Shown here: one piece after another, positions 1 to 13,000 of the stretch
Numbering within the stretch: the first letter of the stretch is position 1
How the letters are laid out: every line of letters begins with the position of its first letter
Source of the DNA: Lama glama
Taxonomy: Eukaryota
Assembly (NCBI GenBank): GCA_028534125.1
Contig: CM052817.1
Location: forward strand, 25,670,001-25,734,000
DNA: 64,000 nucleotides
Direction of reading: 5' to 3'
The notes under the pieces: generated by a model
What the model was told of the DNA's origin: nothing
Databases searched by the model: none
Seen by the model: only the letters and a program-made list of their open reading frames with translations
Translations under genes and position numbers: made by a program

Positions 1-2013
1 AGGAGATGAGAGGACAGGGCCCTGCCAGGGATTTAAAGTGTAAAATGCACAGGTTATTTTTCAACAGTAGGGCCAGAAGTGTGAGTGAGAGCATCTGCAC
101 GATCTGGATTTCTTTGTCATTAATGTTACTACAAAATTCTAAGACCATTCTGATGACTACACAAATCTCTCCTTACTCTCCATAGAAAAGCCTGAACCAA
201 GTATTCGAAATGCATAGTTTGTGAAGACTCTGATGGTATAAACAGAAAAGTATGTCATTTCCATCTCACTGGAAAGAGCCAACTTCTTTAGCCAGGTTGT
301 GTCTCTAATCTTCCTCTAAACCTGAACAGCTCTACATCTATGTAATGGCTACAGAAGCAATTTTAGAAACTTCTGGAGGGAAACACCACATAAATGAATG
401 AATCTGTGGTTCACAAGTTATTAGCTTGATCCCCAAATGTGTATCATATTTGCAAGAGGCAGTCTGCAATCTGCTCATCCTGACAAATGTAGCACAAGGG
501 GATTTAAATCCCTGTATTTGCCATTTCTGTCTCTCCCTCTCCAAATTTACGGTGAAATTGTAGACACAGATAATGTGTCAGGGCTGAATGAACTGAGGTC
601 TCTGCTCTGCTCCTACAGCTCCATTTCACTCAAAATAATAAATGGAAAACAAAGACAAGTCTCAGCAGATAATGAATCTGAGTCCTAATGACCTTCCTGA
701 ACTACAAAATGGATTTGGAATTTACTTGGCACTGCCCAAACCATTTGGTGCCCATAGTGAGTTATGAAAACATTTTGACCATTTGGGGCTACAACTGTGC
801 ATTTTATTTCCTCAATGATTCATGAAGCATCAGAACTACCTTTCCATGGGTAAAAAGCCATCCATCAATGGGAAGACTTGTTTCCCACCTGCCCTATCTG
901 TTTTCTTGATGGTGGTGTGATTGATTATTAAGGAGCCTTGGGCTATTCTGTGGCCCCTGGGGCCATAGTATGGCCATTTATAGTAAGATATGGGTGTTAC
1001 AAGCCAATGCCTGAGATTCCACGTTTCTCTTTCCTTTAAAATCACTTGATTTCTGGCCAAAAATGTAGAGACTCACACTCAAGGAAAATCATGTGCAAAA
1101 TAACATGTTTGTTTGCTGAACAGTAACAAGTCTGTCACTTGCCTGGTCATCTCCATCTGCATTTGCTGCAGAGGCAGCAGTTGGTCAGTCACTGCAAGGG
1201 CACTGATACCTCAGGGGAGCAATATACATCAAATGGTCTGAAATTAGTTGGCCTAAAAATGAAAGGCTCATTGATTTTTAAGAGCAGGAATAAAGTCTTC
1301 CATGTACTGCATCCAAACAATACCTCCATTGTTGCATTTTGCTTCTCTGAGTTATATTTTTTCTTCTTTCCAGAGCTAAAAGTGAAACAAATCATGAAGT
1401 AAAGTAAAAGAGGAAAATATCTATTGATTTTCATAGGCCTATACCCTTCATTCATTCAATCAGCCGTTCATCCATATATTCATCCAGTCAATCCACAACA
1501 TTCATTGCAACTGTCGTGCACTCTACCAAATAAAATAAGATTCAGTTTGAAATTCACTTTGCAGTTCTCTCAGCCAAAATTACATTAATCAGTTGGAGCA
1601 AAAAAATCCACTAGGTATATCCGTGATTTCTGCAACCACCCGATTATAGGTTCATGACCCCCAGATTTCTACCAGGAGCCCTGATATCACTCCTGAATTC
1701 CATTCATAGAGTCAGCTTCCTACCAGACACCTGTACATCAGTATCTGGGGGGTCCCACTAAACTTAATCTGAATATGTCTGAATGGAAATCATCTTTCCC
1801 CTTCCTCCTACATTCTCTGTCTTAGTTGGATGCTTAGTGTTACTTCTGCCAGAAGCCTAGCTATCACCCCAGGCTCTTGCTTTTCTTCACCCTCAACATC
1901 CAATCAGTTTCCAAGTGCTGTCAATTACTTCTTTGTGTCTCTTCCTCCACCCCATTGCCTCAGTCTTGTTTCCCTTTCTTGTCATCATTCCTATGAACTG
2001 GTACGATAGATAA

Positions 2014-2591
2014 TGAAGGGGAGCAGCATATGCCACCCCAATATATGACTGCAAGAATTCAGGACACGCCATCCCCCAATATGCTGCTGTGGTATGTTGA
2101 TTATTGTGAGCTCTAGGCACTTGAAAAAACAGCAAATACAGGGAAATGCTTCCTCTGAATTTCACTTATCTGTCTGAAGACAGAGCTTCCAAAAGGAACT
2201 CAGTTATCATAGATTCCCCACACCAGGAATTTCATCAACCAGGGAAGATTGACCCTTATCACAGGAGAGGAGACTAGACGTCAACACTGTCACAAACTAT
2301 CAAATGTCTCACCTGTTCTTCTAAGGGCCTATTCATCTTCCCCAAAAATCATTTACTCTCCACAAAGAGGTTGACGTCCCTCTTCCTTCTCCTTATTATG
2401 GGAACACTTAAGTCTGAATTTTAAGCCACCTCTTTGAGTTACTCATTTTTCCCTGGGTATCACCCGTACATGAGGCTACATGCTAATAAACTTCTGATCT
2501 GATTGTTTTCTCTTGTCAATATGCCTTTTATTACAAGAGTCTCAGCTAAGAACTCAGAAAGGTAGAGGGAAAATCATTTTGACCCCCTACA
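2014..2591 (+). mobile_element. ERV1-class solo LTR, MER34/MER39-like
   Basis: Begins TGAAGG...ATATGCCACCCCAA, has AATAAA near 2485, and ends GGTAGAGGGAAAATCATTTTGACCCCCTACA. Flanks are ATAA/ATAC. Confidence 0.75.
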
Positions 2592-2747
2592 ATACTAACT
2601 TGGGGTCAGCGTGGGTCTTGGTCCCCCTCTAATCATCCATAATGGTAGTGTCAATATACAGTCTCTAAGAGTGCAAATCTGGTTACTCCCCTAATTGACA
2701 TTTTCATTGACTGACCCCAGCATTCAGGAAAATACCCAAACAAATCC

Positions 2748-3247
2748 NNNNNNNNNNNNNNNNNNNNNNNNNNNNNNNNNNNNNNNNNNNNNNNNNNNNN
2801 NNNNNNNNNNNNNNNNNNNNNNNNNNNNNNNNNNNNNNNNNNNNNNNNNNNNNNNNNNNNNNNNNNNNNNNNNNNNNNNNNNNNNNNNNNNNNNNNNNNN
2901 NNNNNNNNNNNNNNNNNNNNNNNNNNNNNNNNNNNNNNNNNNNNNNNNNNNNNNNNNNNNNNNNNNNNNNNNNNNNNNNNNNNNNNNNNNNNNNNNNNNN
3001 NNNNNNNNNNNNNNNNNNNNNNNNNNNNNNNNNNNNNNNNNNNNNNNNNNNNNNNNNNNNNNNNNNNNNNNNNNNNNNNNNNNNNNNNNNNNNNNNNNNN
3101 NNNNNNNNNNNNNNNNNNNNNNNNNNNNNNNNNNNNNNNNNNNNNNNNNNNNNNNNNNNNNNNNNNNNNNNNNNNNNNNNNNNNNNNNNNNNNNNNNNNN
3201 NNNNNNNNNNNNNNNNNNNNNNNNNNNNNNNNNNNNNNNNNNNNNNN
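2748..3247. other. Assembly gap (500 N)
   Basis: Run of exactly 500 N. Confidence 1.
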
Positions 3248-3829
3248 AATTGCTTAAAAATAAAACTTACACTGTCCATTTGCCAAAATAGGAAGGAGAA
3301 TAGAGATGATTTCCTGTCTCTCTGTGACTAATTTCAAGTAGAAAAATGTGTTTTGAACCCAGTAAGCAGAAAGGGACTTTCCAGGCACTTAGTTCACAGC
3401 CTTTTCTCATCAATATTTGGGTGTTTTGCATTATAATTAATATCTTTCACCACAGGGCATCTTGATATGAGTTCAAAGAATTTAATGCTTTTAAATAATC
3501 TATTAAACAATTTACTTTTGATCTATTTTATGAGCATTCAGAGCAAAAAGCTTCATTCTGTGCAGTTCTCATAACTACCAAATAATTGAGTTCTTTAGAC
3601 GTACCTTACTTCCTGGGTAGAGACAAGAAAGCATTTGTGGTGTAGGAGTACTTGTGGTAGAGGAGTGTTGACAAGTATGCACTCCAAGCGTGACTGGAAC
3701 TCAAGAAATTCATGCTACAGAACCCTATGCTAGAAGGAATTATGAGAAGCATTGGACAATCTTTTTTTCCTAAGGAAATGAATCTACTTTTACCTCCATA
3801 GAGCGAGATTCTATGATTAAGGTGCATCA

Positions 3830-4075
3830 GAGCAGAGGGTTAAGGGCATAAACTTTAAACCCAGACCACCTGAGTTCAAATCTCAACTCTGCCACTTAAA
3901 TCTATGTGTCCTTGAGCAAGTTACTTAACCTCTCTTTGCCTTAATTTCTTCACCTTTAAATTGGGATGCTGATGAGAGAATTTACCTCCTAGTATTGTAA
4001 GGTAACATGAATTAACTGATACATTCTTAGTGCTTAAAATAGTGACTAGCACATAATTAGTAGTAGTATTATTAA
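3830..4075 (+). mobile_element. MIR SINE
   Basis: Core GAGTTCAAATCTCAACTCTGCCACTT...TTGAGCAAGTTACTTAACCTCTCT. Confidence 0.8.
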
Positions 4076-4589
4076 ACTGCTCTTCAACTCCTACTTTAAC
4101 CTTGGGCTATTTTGGCAGCCATTGTATGAGCTTTGATTGCCCTAAAGCAACTGAAAAAATAATGCAAATATATATCTTTTAGTATGAGTTGAGGAAGGCT
4201 CTCCCCAAATGAAGCTAGAGTTAAAAATGGTAGATAATCACTTTCAGAACCTTTGCCCATATGTTTCCCTAGAGCAAACTACTTCCTTTCCAAACATGAA
4301 TTTCAAGGGGAAAATAAACATTTATAGATAACTGGAAAGAATTAAGGCTCCATATAAGGATGTAAACTGACGTCTGTCTTTACCAGATGCCAAATCCCTG
4401 AAAGGACTATCTCTGAAGCAAGTTTTTTAACCACACAAAGCAAATTGTCAGTTTAGGGGGATGGGAAATGAAGATTTTTAAAGTCATTATTCTGTATTAA
4501 GCATGAGAGAGAGAGAGAGAGAGGGAGGAGAAAGGCAGGCTGTAGTTTATACTAAAAAGAAATTAAAATCAAAAGCAGACTGCATTACC

Positions 4590-4760
4590 CTGAACAAAGG
4601 AGACCCTGTCTTATTCCCAGTTCTGTCACTGAAAAGCTCTGTGATGTGACCTTGGGTGAAACCCTCATCTTCTGGAAGCTTCAGTTTCCTCAGCTGTAAA
4701 ATCAGGGCATTGACCAGATGATCTATAAGATTTCTTACAGCTCAGACATCCTATGACTTT
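4590..4760 (+). mobile_element. MIR SINE fragment
   Basis: TGTGACCTTGGG...CTCAGTTTCCTCAGCTGTAAAAT. Confidence 0.65.
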
Positions 4761-5329
4761 ATGAAATAAAGTAGGTGTTAGATGTTGTATCTAGCAGGCA
4801 ACAGAAACCAGCTCTGGAAACTAAAGCAGGAAAAAGATCTCTTTGCAAAGAGGTCACTGGTAGCTCATGGAGTCCAAGGGAAGGCTGGAGAGCCAGGCTC
4901 AGAACCAAGGCAGTTTGGTGGGTGTAGGGAGATACTGAGGTGTCTTAAAAGAGGAATAACTTAGCCGCTGGAATGAAGAAACTCAAATTTTTTTTTTCAC
5001 CCTCATGTCACTATAAATGGAAGTCCTGAGATAGCTGATCAAATTGGTCACATGACCCCCCCCTTGACTAATGGGCAAGAAACCTAGATTTACAGTTTCA
5101 TCGAGATATCATTCAATAGGCGAGAGGTAGTTCCCTAAGAGGAAAATGGCATAAGGTTTCAAAGGAAAGGTGGTGACCACCAGGCAGTTCTTCACTACAA
5201 ATGGTGTGCCTGCCTTTGTAATATCACACGCTGACATCACTTTTCTATATGGAAACAGATGGACTATTTTCACAGTCCATCTGCAAATAGACATGTCTTT
5301 GGAAGGAGCTAATAGCCCCATGATGACAC

Positions 5330-6025
5330 TGTAGACACCATCACAAAATGTGAGGCAATGACACATGCTTGACAAACAGCCTGAGCATGCACTCCAGAAT
5401 CTTTCTAGGGGGAGAAACAAGTCTGTGTTTTGTTTTCAGTCAGTTTCTCTCCGCACATCTCCTTGGAATTGAGGAGGAACGTTCACAGAGGCACCCAACA
5501 GTCATTTCCTCTTCTTCCACGTTTACAGAACCCTGTTTTCATTCTGATGGTCAGTTCCTCTCCCCTCCTTGAGAACCAGGCAAATCTTGATCCTTCTAAA
5601 CAAGTCATGATGGTCCCAATTCCCCTGTCATCAGTAGATTTAAGGGTGAGTCTGTGACCCAATTCTAGATGATCTGACACGAGGAGAAACCTTTCCAGGA
5701 TGGGGCTCCTTATAAAGCTTTCTTTACTCTTAAAAAGGAATCGTGGTGTAAGACTGTGATGATTGCCAGTGCTGTGGCACCACCACTTAATACAAGCCTA
5801 AGAGGGGAAGCCTGAAGACAAAAGCCAACAAGTTGAAGATGGCAGAGGGAAAAGGGAGGGAAGAACACGGGCACTTGGTGATGTGAGTTCTTGAGTTTCC
5901 CAGCTTGGAAAACACCCTATTCAGAACTTCTATTGGTTCTATAGGTAAGACAATAAATCTTACAATTTATATCATTCTGGCTTCGGCTTGTTATTATTTG
6001 CAGATGAAAATATCTCATCTGATAA
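5330..6025 (+). mobile_element. Old MaLR (MLT1-type) LTR
   Basis: MLT-like 3' end AATAAATCTT...TTATTTGCAGATGAAAATATCTCATCTGATA. Confidence 0.5.
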
Positions 6026-9000
6026 CCCACAAAATACTCTCCCAGTCAGCAATAAATTTGCCTCCATAGTTCCCTCTGACAGCCTTAACTCTTGGGGGTG
6101 GGGGTGGGGGTGGGGAGTGGAATACCTCATTCAAAGGATTTTGTAAAGTATTATTTTTTGCCAAATGTCCCCTGCTTCTATATGCCTACTTCATCTGCAA
6201 ATCACAGAAGCTTCTAGACTACTCTATCTTTACTAAAGTACATGATTTCCAGTTCATAGAGGATTTTTAACTGTTTCTTTTGGTTGTTCTACCTCTAGGT
6301 TAATCAACAACATACCTTATTTAGATTTTAAAAATGTAAGAACTTCCTGCCACTTGGTATCCTAAAATTGCCACTCATCAGAATAGCACCAATACTTGGA
6401 GATGGTTGAGAAAGATGTAGACAGGGAAAAAAAGGAAATAAAATTTAAAAAGAGACAGAGAAGGAAATAACAAGGTCAAATTATGGAAATTAAATGCCAG
6501 AAAATTGAGTCCAAGTCTTTATTCTACTGTATTTTACGTGAAGGGAAAGAAATACGGTTGGGAGAGAGAAAGATAGACAGACAGAAGGAGAAAGGAAGAT
6601 GTAATTTATACAATATTTGTCTCTTGGGAAATTTGGTTTTATTAAATTTAGAGTAGGTAGGTACAAAAGTATATTTTAAAACATGTAAGCTACATAGAAT
6701 CATGACACAATGACTTCCATACACCTACCACCAAGTTTATAAAAGAACATTACCATTGTGTTAGAAGTTCCTGGAATGTCGATGTCCAGCCCCATCCCCT
6801 TCCCCATCCCTTGAGAGGTAACCACTATGCTGAATTTACAGCCAACATCTGTCAAGCTCCATTACCAAGATGAGTATCTCAAGGGAGGAGTGGGCAGGGA
6901 GCTCTGGGTACCTGTCAGCTGGAGACAATGTGGTTCCCACTCTCACTCACAGTCTGTTGGGGAGACATACGTAAGTATAACGAGTGCGGTATGAGGCAGG
7001 ATGTGAGAAGTACCCTGGCAAGAGGGTTAAATCCCAGGGAAGCACAGTAAAGAGATATCATTCCATTTGGAGTCAGCAGGGGACGCTCCATGGACAAGGT
7101 AGCCTATCTGCCTTTGAAGGGTGGAGACGATTTCTGCAGATGGGAGGAAACGGGCAGATGCCACAGTCAGAAAAGAGGCAGAAGGAGCAAGGTGGTCTGA
7201 AGAATGACTGCTCCATCCAGGATGACTAAGTATTCAGGGTAGAGGCTGAGGGAAGTAGAATTTAAAACTAGGATGAAAGTCAAGTTTGAAGGGAATCCTC
7301 TGGAAAATGAACATCTTTCTAGAAACCAGAACTAACAGCTGTCAGTTTGGGCATTATTGTTTTTCCCACAAAGACCAGGAAGGTTGTCCTCTGTATCTGT
7401 TCTCTCCCCCTTTCCCTGCCCGACCGTCCCTCCCGCACCTGCATCAAATCATTCGCCAGGTGCCACCAATTCTTCATAGCCTCTCATCTACCTAGCCCTC
7501 TTCCTACCACTCTGATTCCACTGTGTCTGCAGAGACTGGATGCAGGCAGCCTTCCAGCAGAGTGCCCTGATTCCTCTCTGCCCCGCCAATCTGCACCTGA
7601 ATTCCTTCGCATGGCGGGCTGGGGTCCTGGCCACTCAGCAGGACACAGAGGGCAAAGAGGTGAGTGTGGGTCACAGCTGGGAAGGGAAGCCTGCGGTGAG
7701 AGCCACAGACACACAACAAAGCTGTAAGTCCTGGGGGCAGGGGGTGCAAGGTGAGTCAATGTCAGACTGGGAGCTAGTTGAAAAGAGCAGAGTGTGCTAA
7801 ACATCAGGCTCAGTGGTGGTGCAGATTAGAAGCCAGGAATCACACCAGGCACCAAGGAGCACAGGTTGGTTTCTATGGGACCCAGGTGGGCGGGGAGGAG
7901 AGCAGAACTGCCAGGCTAAGGGAGACACGCAGGACCAGCACCCACGCAGCAGTTCCAGGCAGAGGTCTCCTTCAAGGGCACAGTCCACCCAGCCTCCTCG
8001 CACCCCCAGGAGAGCGCCGTGTTGGTGCTCTGAGCTGGAGCCCCTTCCAAGCATCCTGCTCCCTTTTGTCCCATCTCTACCCTGCATTGCAAGTACTGGG
8101 AGCAGCAAGTTTTCGCAGTCCCAAAGACCTCGACTAAATCCAAATGTTAGTCCAGAGACAACAGGTAAATTGCTGAGCTTTCCTTGACCTCAGCTTCCTC
8201 GGGAGTGATGACACCTGTCTTGAGAGCGGTTGTGAGAAAGAAATAAGTATACATGGCATGTGCCTAATGTATGGGGTGGAAGGCTCAATAAATAGTCCTT
8301 TATCCAACAAATATTTATTAAATGCCTACTGTGAGCCGAGCATTCTACCAGCTGCCAGAGATACTAGGGTGAGCAGAATCAGTCTAGAGAGGGAGCCAGA
8401 CATTAGTTAATAACCATGAAAATAATCATAAATGACAGCTATGGAAGGAACCATGAGGGTTGAGAACGTGTAAAACATGGGAGATTTGACTTATACTAAG
8501 AGATCAGAAAAAGCCATCTTCTGGACCCTGCTCGAAAGTGGCCCTCCTGAGAAGCTGTCCTGATTACCTGCAACTGGAAATGATTCCTTTGGCCTGTGAA
8601 TTCCCAGCAGGAAGCTGGGAATGTTAATGACATTTATCCTTTCGTCTAGTGTCACAACTAGCGGCACACGTGTGCTATCTCCTCCACCACATCATAAACT
8701 CCTTGTGGGCAGACAGTAGGCTAGCTACATCTTTCAGTGCTTCACAGTTTCTGTTAGAGTTTATTATTTTAATAAACAAGTGAAATTAGCTTCTAAAAGC
8801 TGCCACAATGTAAAAGAACTTGAAGCTTAATTTATGCCTTTTGTAAGCCAAGTTCCCACTGATTTCCAAGTCATTTGTCAGAACATAATAGGTGACATGC
8901 AAGGGAACAATAATTTGGCTTCAGAGAAATTGTGTAATATTGGTACCTGAGAGAATGTGACACCCCTAAATTCCTGCTGAATAATCCCAGACCTGAGCCT

Positions 9001-9129
9001 GACTCACCTATTAATCAGGGGTACACAAATCAGAAAAAGTGAGACTAGTAGAATTCCATTTGCCACATCGTCAATTCCTAAATTTTACAATTAGAATCTC
9101 AGTTTGTGATCTAACAAAAAAAAAAAAAG

Positions 9130-10014
9130 AAAGAAAGAAAGAAAATGGAATACCAAAAACACCTCTGTGTGCTGAACATGTGTTCCTGTTAGGTTGCTTA
9201 GTATCAAACCTGATCTTGCAGTTAAACTCTGCAAATCTACTCAGATAAGCGATTTTAACCATATAATGATATCAGGAGATTAAGTTCCATCTTAACTCTG
9301 GGAAGGTATTTTTCTATTTTTCATTGTTAAAAACTGCCCTCTTGTCCAAGTTTTCACTGTAAATTAATAACTATAATTATTCTTGACATCCATCAAAACT
9401 ATAAAAAGATGAAAGCCAAAAGAATCAGAGGAAACATTGTATTGTTAGATTTAAATATTCAAGTATTCCACTTAAATTCCTTTTATTTTGGTATCTTTGA
9501 ATTTTTAAAAAAATTCCAGTGCCAAAAGGAAGCAATATTTATAAATGCAAACGAATGTATAAACAAACAACCCTGGTCCTCTTAAGCAATTTGCCAAATA
9601 GAAATCATCCATCTGAAAAGGCAAACTCATCAAATCAGGATCTACAATGTGGGCCAGTGAGAGGAGGGATTTTCCTCCTCAATGTTGTTTTTGGTTCCTC
9701 AAAATCAAAATCTTGGGGCTGTTGTAGGCTGTATAAACATGGATAAACAAAGAGAGTAAGCATTCTTTTACTGTTTCCACCAGTTTCATCAGCTTGTTTT
9801 CCATGAGACTCATAATGGCTTCCTGAAAAAACTCATTCCTTTAATCTCCTGGGTCAAATGAGTGCTCTCGCGTTAGTTTCCGTCCACCAGTCAGCATTCC
9901 TACTGGTTCTATTGTGCATCCTCAGCTGGACCGAATGTTTACCAGTTACCTCATTCCCAAAACGAAAGTATGAGTACTCTTCAAAAGGGTTCAGTCTAGA
10001 TTGTCCAGAGGAAA
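9130..10014 (-). other. TMEM156: TMEM156 3' UTR (3' end uncertain)
   Basis: Repeat-poor AT-rich sequence after the stop. Minus-strand AATAAA at 9487-9482 (another at 8765-8760) and a T-rich tract at about 9145-9116. Confidence 0.5.
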
Positions 10015-10027
10015 TCATAGAGATTGT
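10015..10027 (-). CDS. TMEM156: TMEM156 terminal exon, coding part (R-Q-S-L-stop)
   Basis: Strong acceptor (long T tract)aatcttcag| at 10028/10027. CG+A CAA TCT CTA TGA ends the frame at 10015. Confidence 0.8.
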
Positions 10028-13000
10028 CTGAAGATTAAAAAAAAAAAGGCAAATATGATTCACACAAAAATCTTGTTAACCTGAAAATAATTAGTAGAAA
10101 ACAATTTTAAAAACATTTATTAAAACTGTGTCTTACAGACACAGTAAACAAACTTACGGTTACCAGAGGGGAAAGAGGGCAGGAAGAGATAAATTGGGAG
10201 TTCGAGATTTACAAATACTAACTACCATATACAAAACAGATAAACAAGTTTCTTCTGTATAGTCCAGGAAACTATATTCAATATCTTGTAGTAACCTATA
10301 ATGAAAAAGACCATGAAAACAAGCATATGGATGTATATGTAGACTGAAACATTATGCTGTACACCAGAAATCGACACATTGTAAACTGACTATGTCAATA
10401 AAGAAAAATTTTTCGAAAAAACTGTGTCTTATAACATCACCCTAAAACTTCCTAAAGTCACTGATTAAGGGCTCTTTCCAATGCAATGGAGCCTCATTTA
10501 CATCCCCAAGAAGACAGGGAGGTTAGTGGTGGGTAGTACACGTCTCAGCTAGGACCCAGAAATCCTAGGGTTTCCTCTTGCCTCTGCCACTACATATTTT
10601 GGCTTATTTTCCACTTTTATAAGATGAAAGTGAAAGTGTTCACACAGGTTTCTTTGGTTGTAACAGTCCCTGATTCTAGTAGAAAGATACAGAAGTTGAG
10701 ATTTATTTATTCACTCAACAAATACTTATTGGACATCTATTAAATGCTAAGCAACACGTCCTCTGAATGAGGGTTTCCCCATTTTGCTCCCCAAGTCCCC
10801 CATGAGTGCTTCTATCATGTTAACTTGACACTCGGTTCCCTAATCTGATTCTCCACTGACTACATATTTTTTTGCCAATGAGTAGCAGAATTCTTGGCAC
10901 ACAGTAGGTGCTCAAAAAGCATGTAGTGAATGAACAGAGGAGAGCTCTTCATGTGAAAGGTTGAACGTCCCAGAATGAGGACTAGAATGAGAAGTATCAA
11001 GCATAACATCCAGGAACATTTCACTAAAACAATTCTATGATGACATCATATTCGCCCTAGGAATTTCTGAGCCAACAGCAGATCCTGACTGCACTAAGAC
11101 CCCAGAACTAAGGAAGCCCTGCCTCTCTCTAGTCCTAAGCACACAGTTATCCTTGGCACTTAGTTTCCAGTTTGATGTATTGAGCCACCTATGCTGAAAA
11201 CCTTTGGTTGTCCTTCCAGATCTGCTCTCTCCTTTTGTTCACCATGCTTGGTGATCTGGGAGGCCATTCTATATGAACTGTCTTAGTCTAGCTCGTGTCC
11301 TGTCGCTCTGGGTGGGTTGGGCCAGTGTGGAGTACTACAGTGGGAAAAAGGAGGTCAGCCACGTTGGGACATTGATTCTCAGGGCAACCACAGGCTGTCG
11401 TGTCCATGACCAAAGGCCCCAGCTGCTGTCAGGCAGCCCTCCTCACAGGTTCCTTCTGTGCGTGTACCTGCGAGTGTGTGTCTGCCACTGACTCTGTCTG
11501 AGTTCTTTGTCCCTTTAGTCTTAGGGACAGTAGCAGTGCCCCACTGTTACTGGTCCCAGGGGGCTGCACTCTCCTTTTTTGGTTTTCCCACATCCTGGCT
11601 TAATAGGTCCTTTATGAAACTCTCTCCAGGTTATTCAGTGTGAGCATACCATCGGTTTCCTGCCAGGACCTTTGACTGATAACTACCCAGATATTACGAA
11701 GAGTAAATGATCTGGTCTACCACCACCCAGCACAAGAAAAGAATGCTAATAAATGCTAGTTTCCCTTGTTTTCCCTGTTATAATAATCTCCAACGGTCAT
11801 CATTAGTGCCTTCAACAAAATAGCTACTTCATAAATATTTGTTGAATGAAAGAAAAAAGTTTCTAAACACATCTGATCACAGTTTTGGGTTCAAATACAT
11901 GGAAATCGATGTGAGTTAATCTAGATTACCAAACATTAAATTTAGAGGAGCTTTTTTATTTCAGTAGTTGAGGGCCAGTGAGTAGCTCTGCTTTACAAAT
12001 TTACAGTCTCTCTTTTTTCATACTCCAACTGAAGCAACGACTAGCCTGCTGGACTGAGGACTCAATCCCAGGAAACAGTGCCAGAGGATGAGCTGACATC
12101 TCGGTGCATCGGTGCACATGCTGTGCAACAGACCAAGAGGTTAGTTGACTGGTCCTTCCTAAATTTTGGAGGAAATAGTGACTTTATTTCATACTATCTA
12201 ATCCATATTAACTGATTTTGCAAGTTCCTCACTTTCTATCTCCTACACCCAGATAGAAAGCAGTTTGGGGTTAACTATACCCCCTTGGATCTATTCGCAT
12301 TCATCATGAATAGTCAAATCATTGGTAAAACTGAAGCATCACTCACCGTGTGTGTTGATCTTGCTGATGCGCTGTGAAAGTAGCTTCTAGTTCTGGTATT
12401 GGAGGAAGCACGTCCTTGACCTGGGCCAAAGGCAGCCTCTGCGTGGTCTCTGCTGTTTAAGAAGGAGAGCGGTTCTAGTCAATATTTAGTCAATAGCAAT
12501 GCAAAAGCAGGCACAGTATATTCTAATGTGTTAAGAGGACCATGCGCTCCCTCTAGACAGGATTTTGGCAGTTTCCCCCACTCACTAAATTTCCTGCCTG
12601 CAGCTCTGACACTTTGAACCCATTTTTCTCAGCTCTGTATCTTTCTTTTCATTCTTCCACTCCCACCGCCTTCTGGGCACAAGACCTGAAGCATAAGGAG
12701 GAGCAAAGCAAAGAAAAAGACAAAGTACAATGTCAAGTAACAAGAAAAGAATTTGACTTTGGGAAGTACAAACATTTCCTTCCATTGCATCTTGTTGAAA
12801 TATGTCCCTAGGGAGAATATTAAGGACATCCTTGATTTCAGGGTCTGTTTTACCAAAAAGCAAAGTTACAAATTAGATAAACTGACAGGTTAGAACCTGT
12901 CTTCCTTTGCTACAACTCTGTGACTTTATTAAATTCTTCTAATATTATCTTCAGCTGCCTTCACGTAGGAGATACAACTTGATGTCCGTGGCACAATGGT

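Noticed and set aside
2695..3291. ORFs of about 180-200 aa spanning N runs (also 29033-29666)
   Set aside because: Artefacts of the assembly gaps.
6094..6120. G-quadruplex-capable (GGGGT)n run (similar runs near 20337 and 60467)
   Set aside because: Common in mammalian DNA, with no functional context visible here.
7286..8187. Cluster of 70-126 aa ORFs on both strands
   Set aside because: A GC-richer intergenic stretch with no consistent frame, splice structure or recognisable product.
10015..10027. C-terminal RQSL as a PDZ or peroxisomal motif
   Set aside because: Position -2 is Gln, so it fits neither class I PDZ (S/T-X-hydrophobic) nor PTS1 (SKL-like).
9854..10063. ORF ...[15 protein letters not shown]... 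as a long TMEM156 C-terminus
   Set aside because: Exon 6 ends in phase 2, so the spliced frame stops at 10015. This ORF is a different frame running through the 3' UTR.
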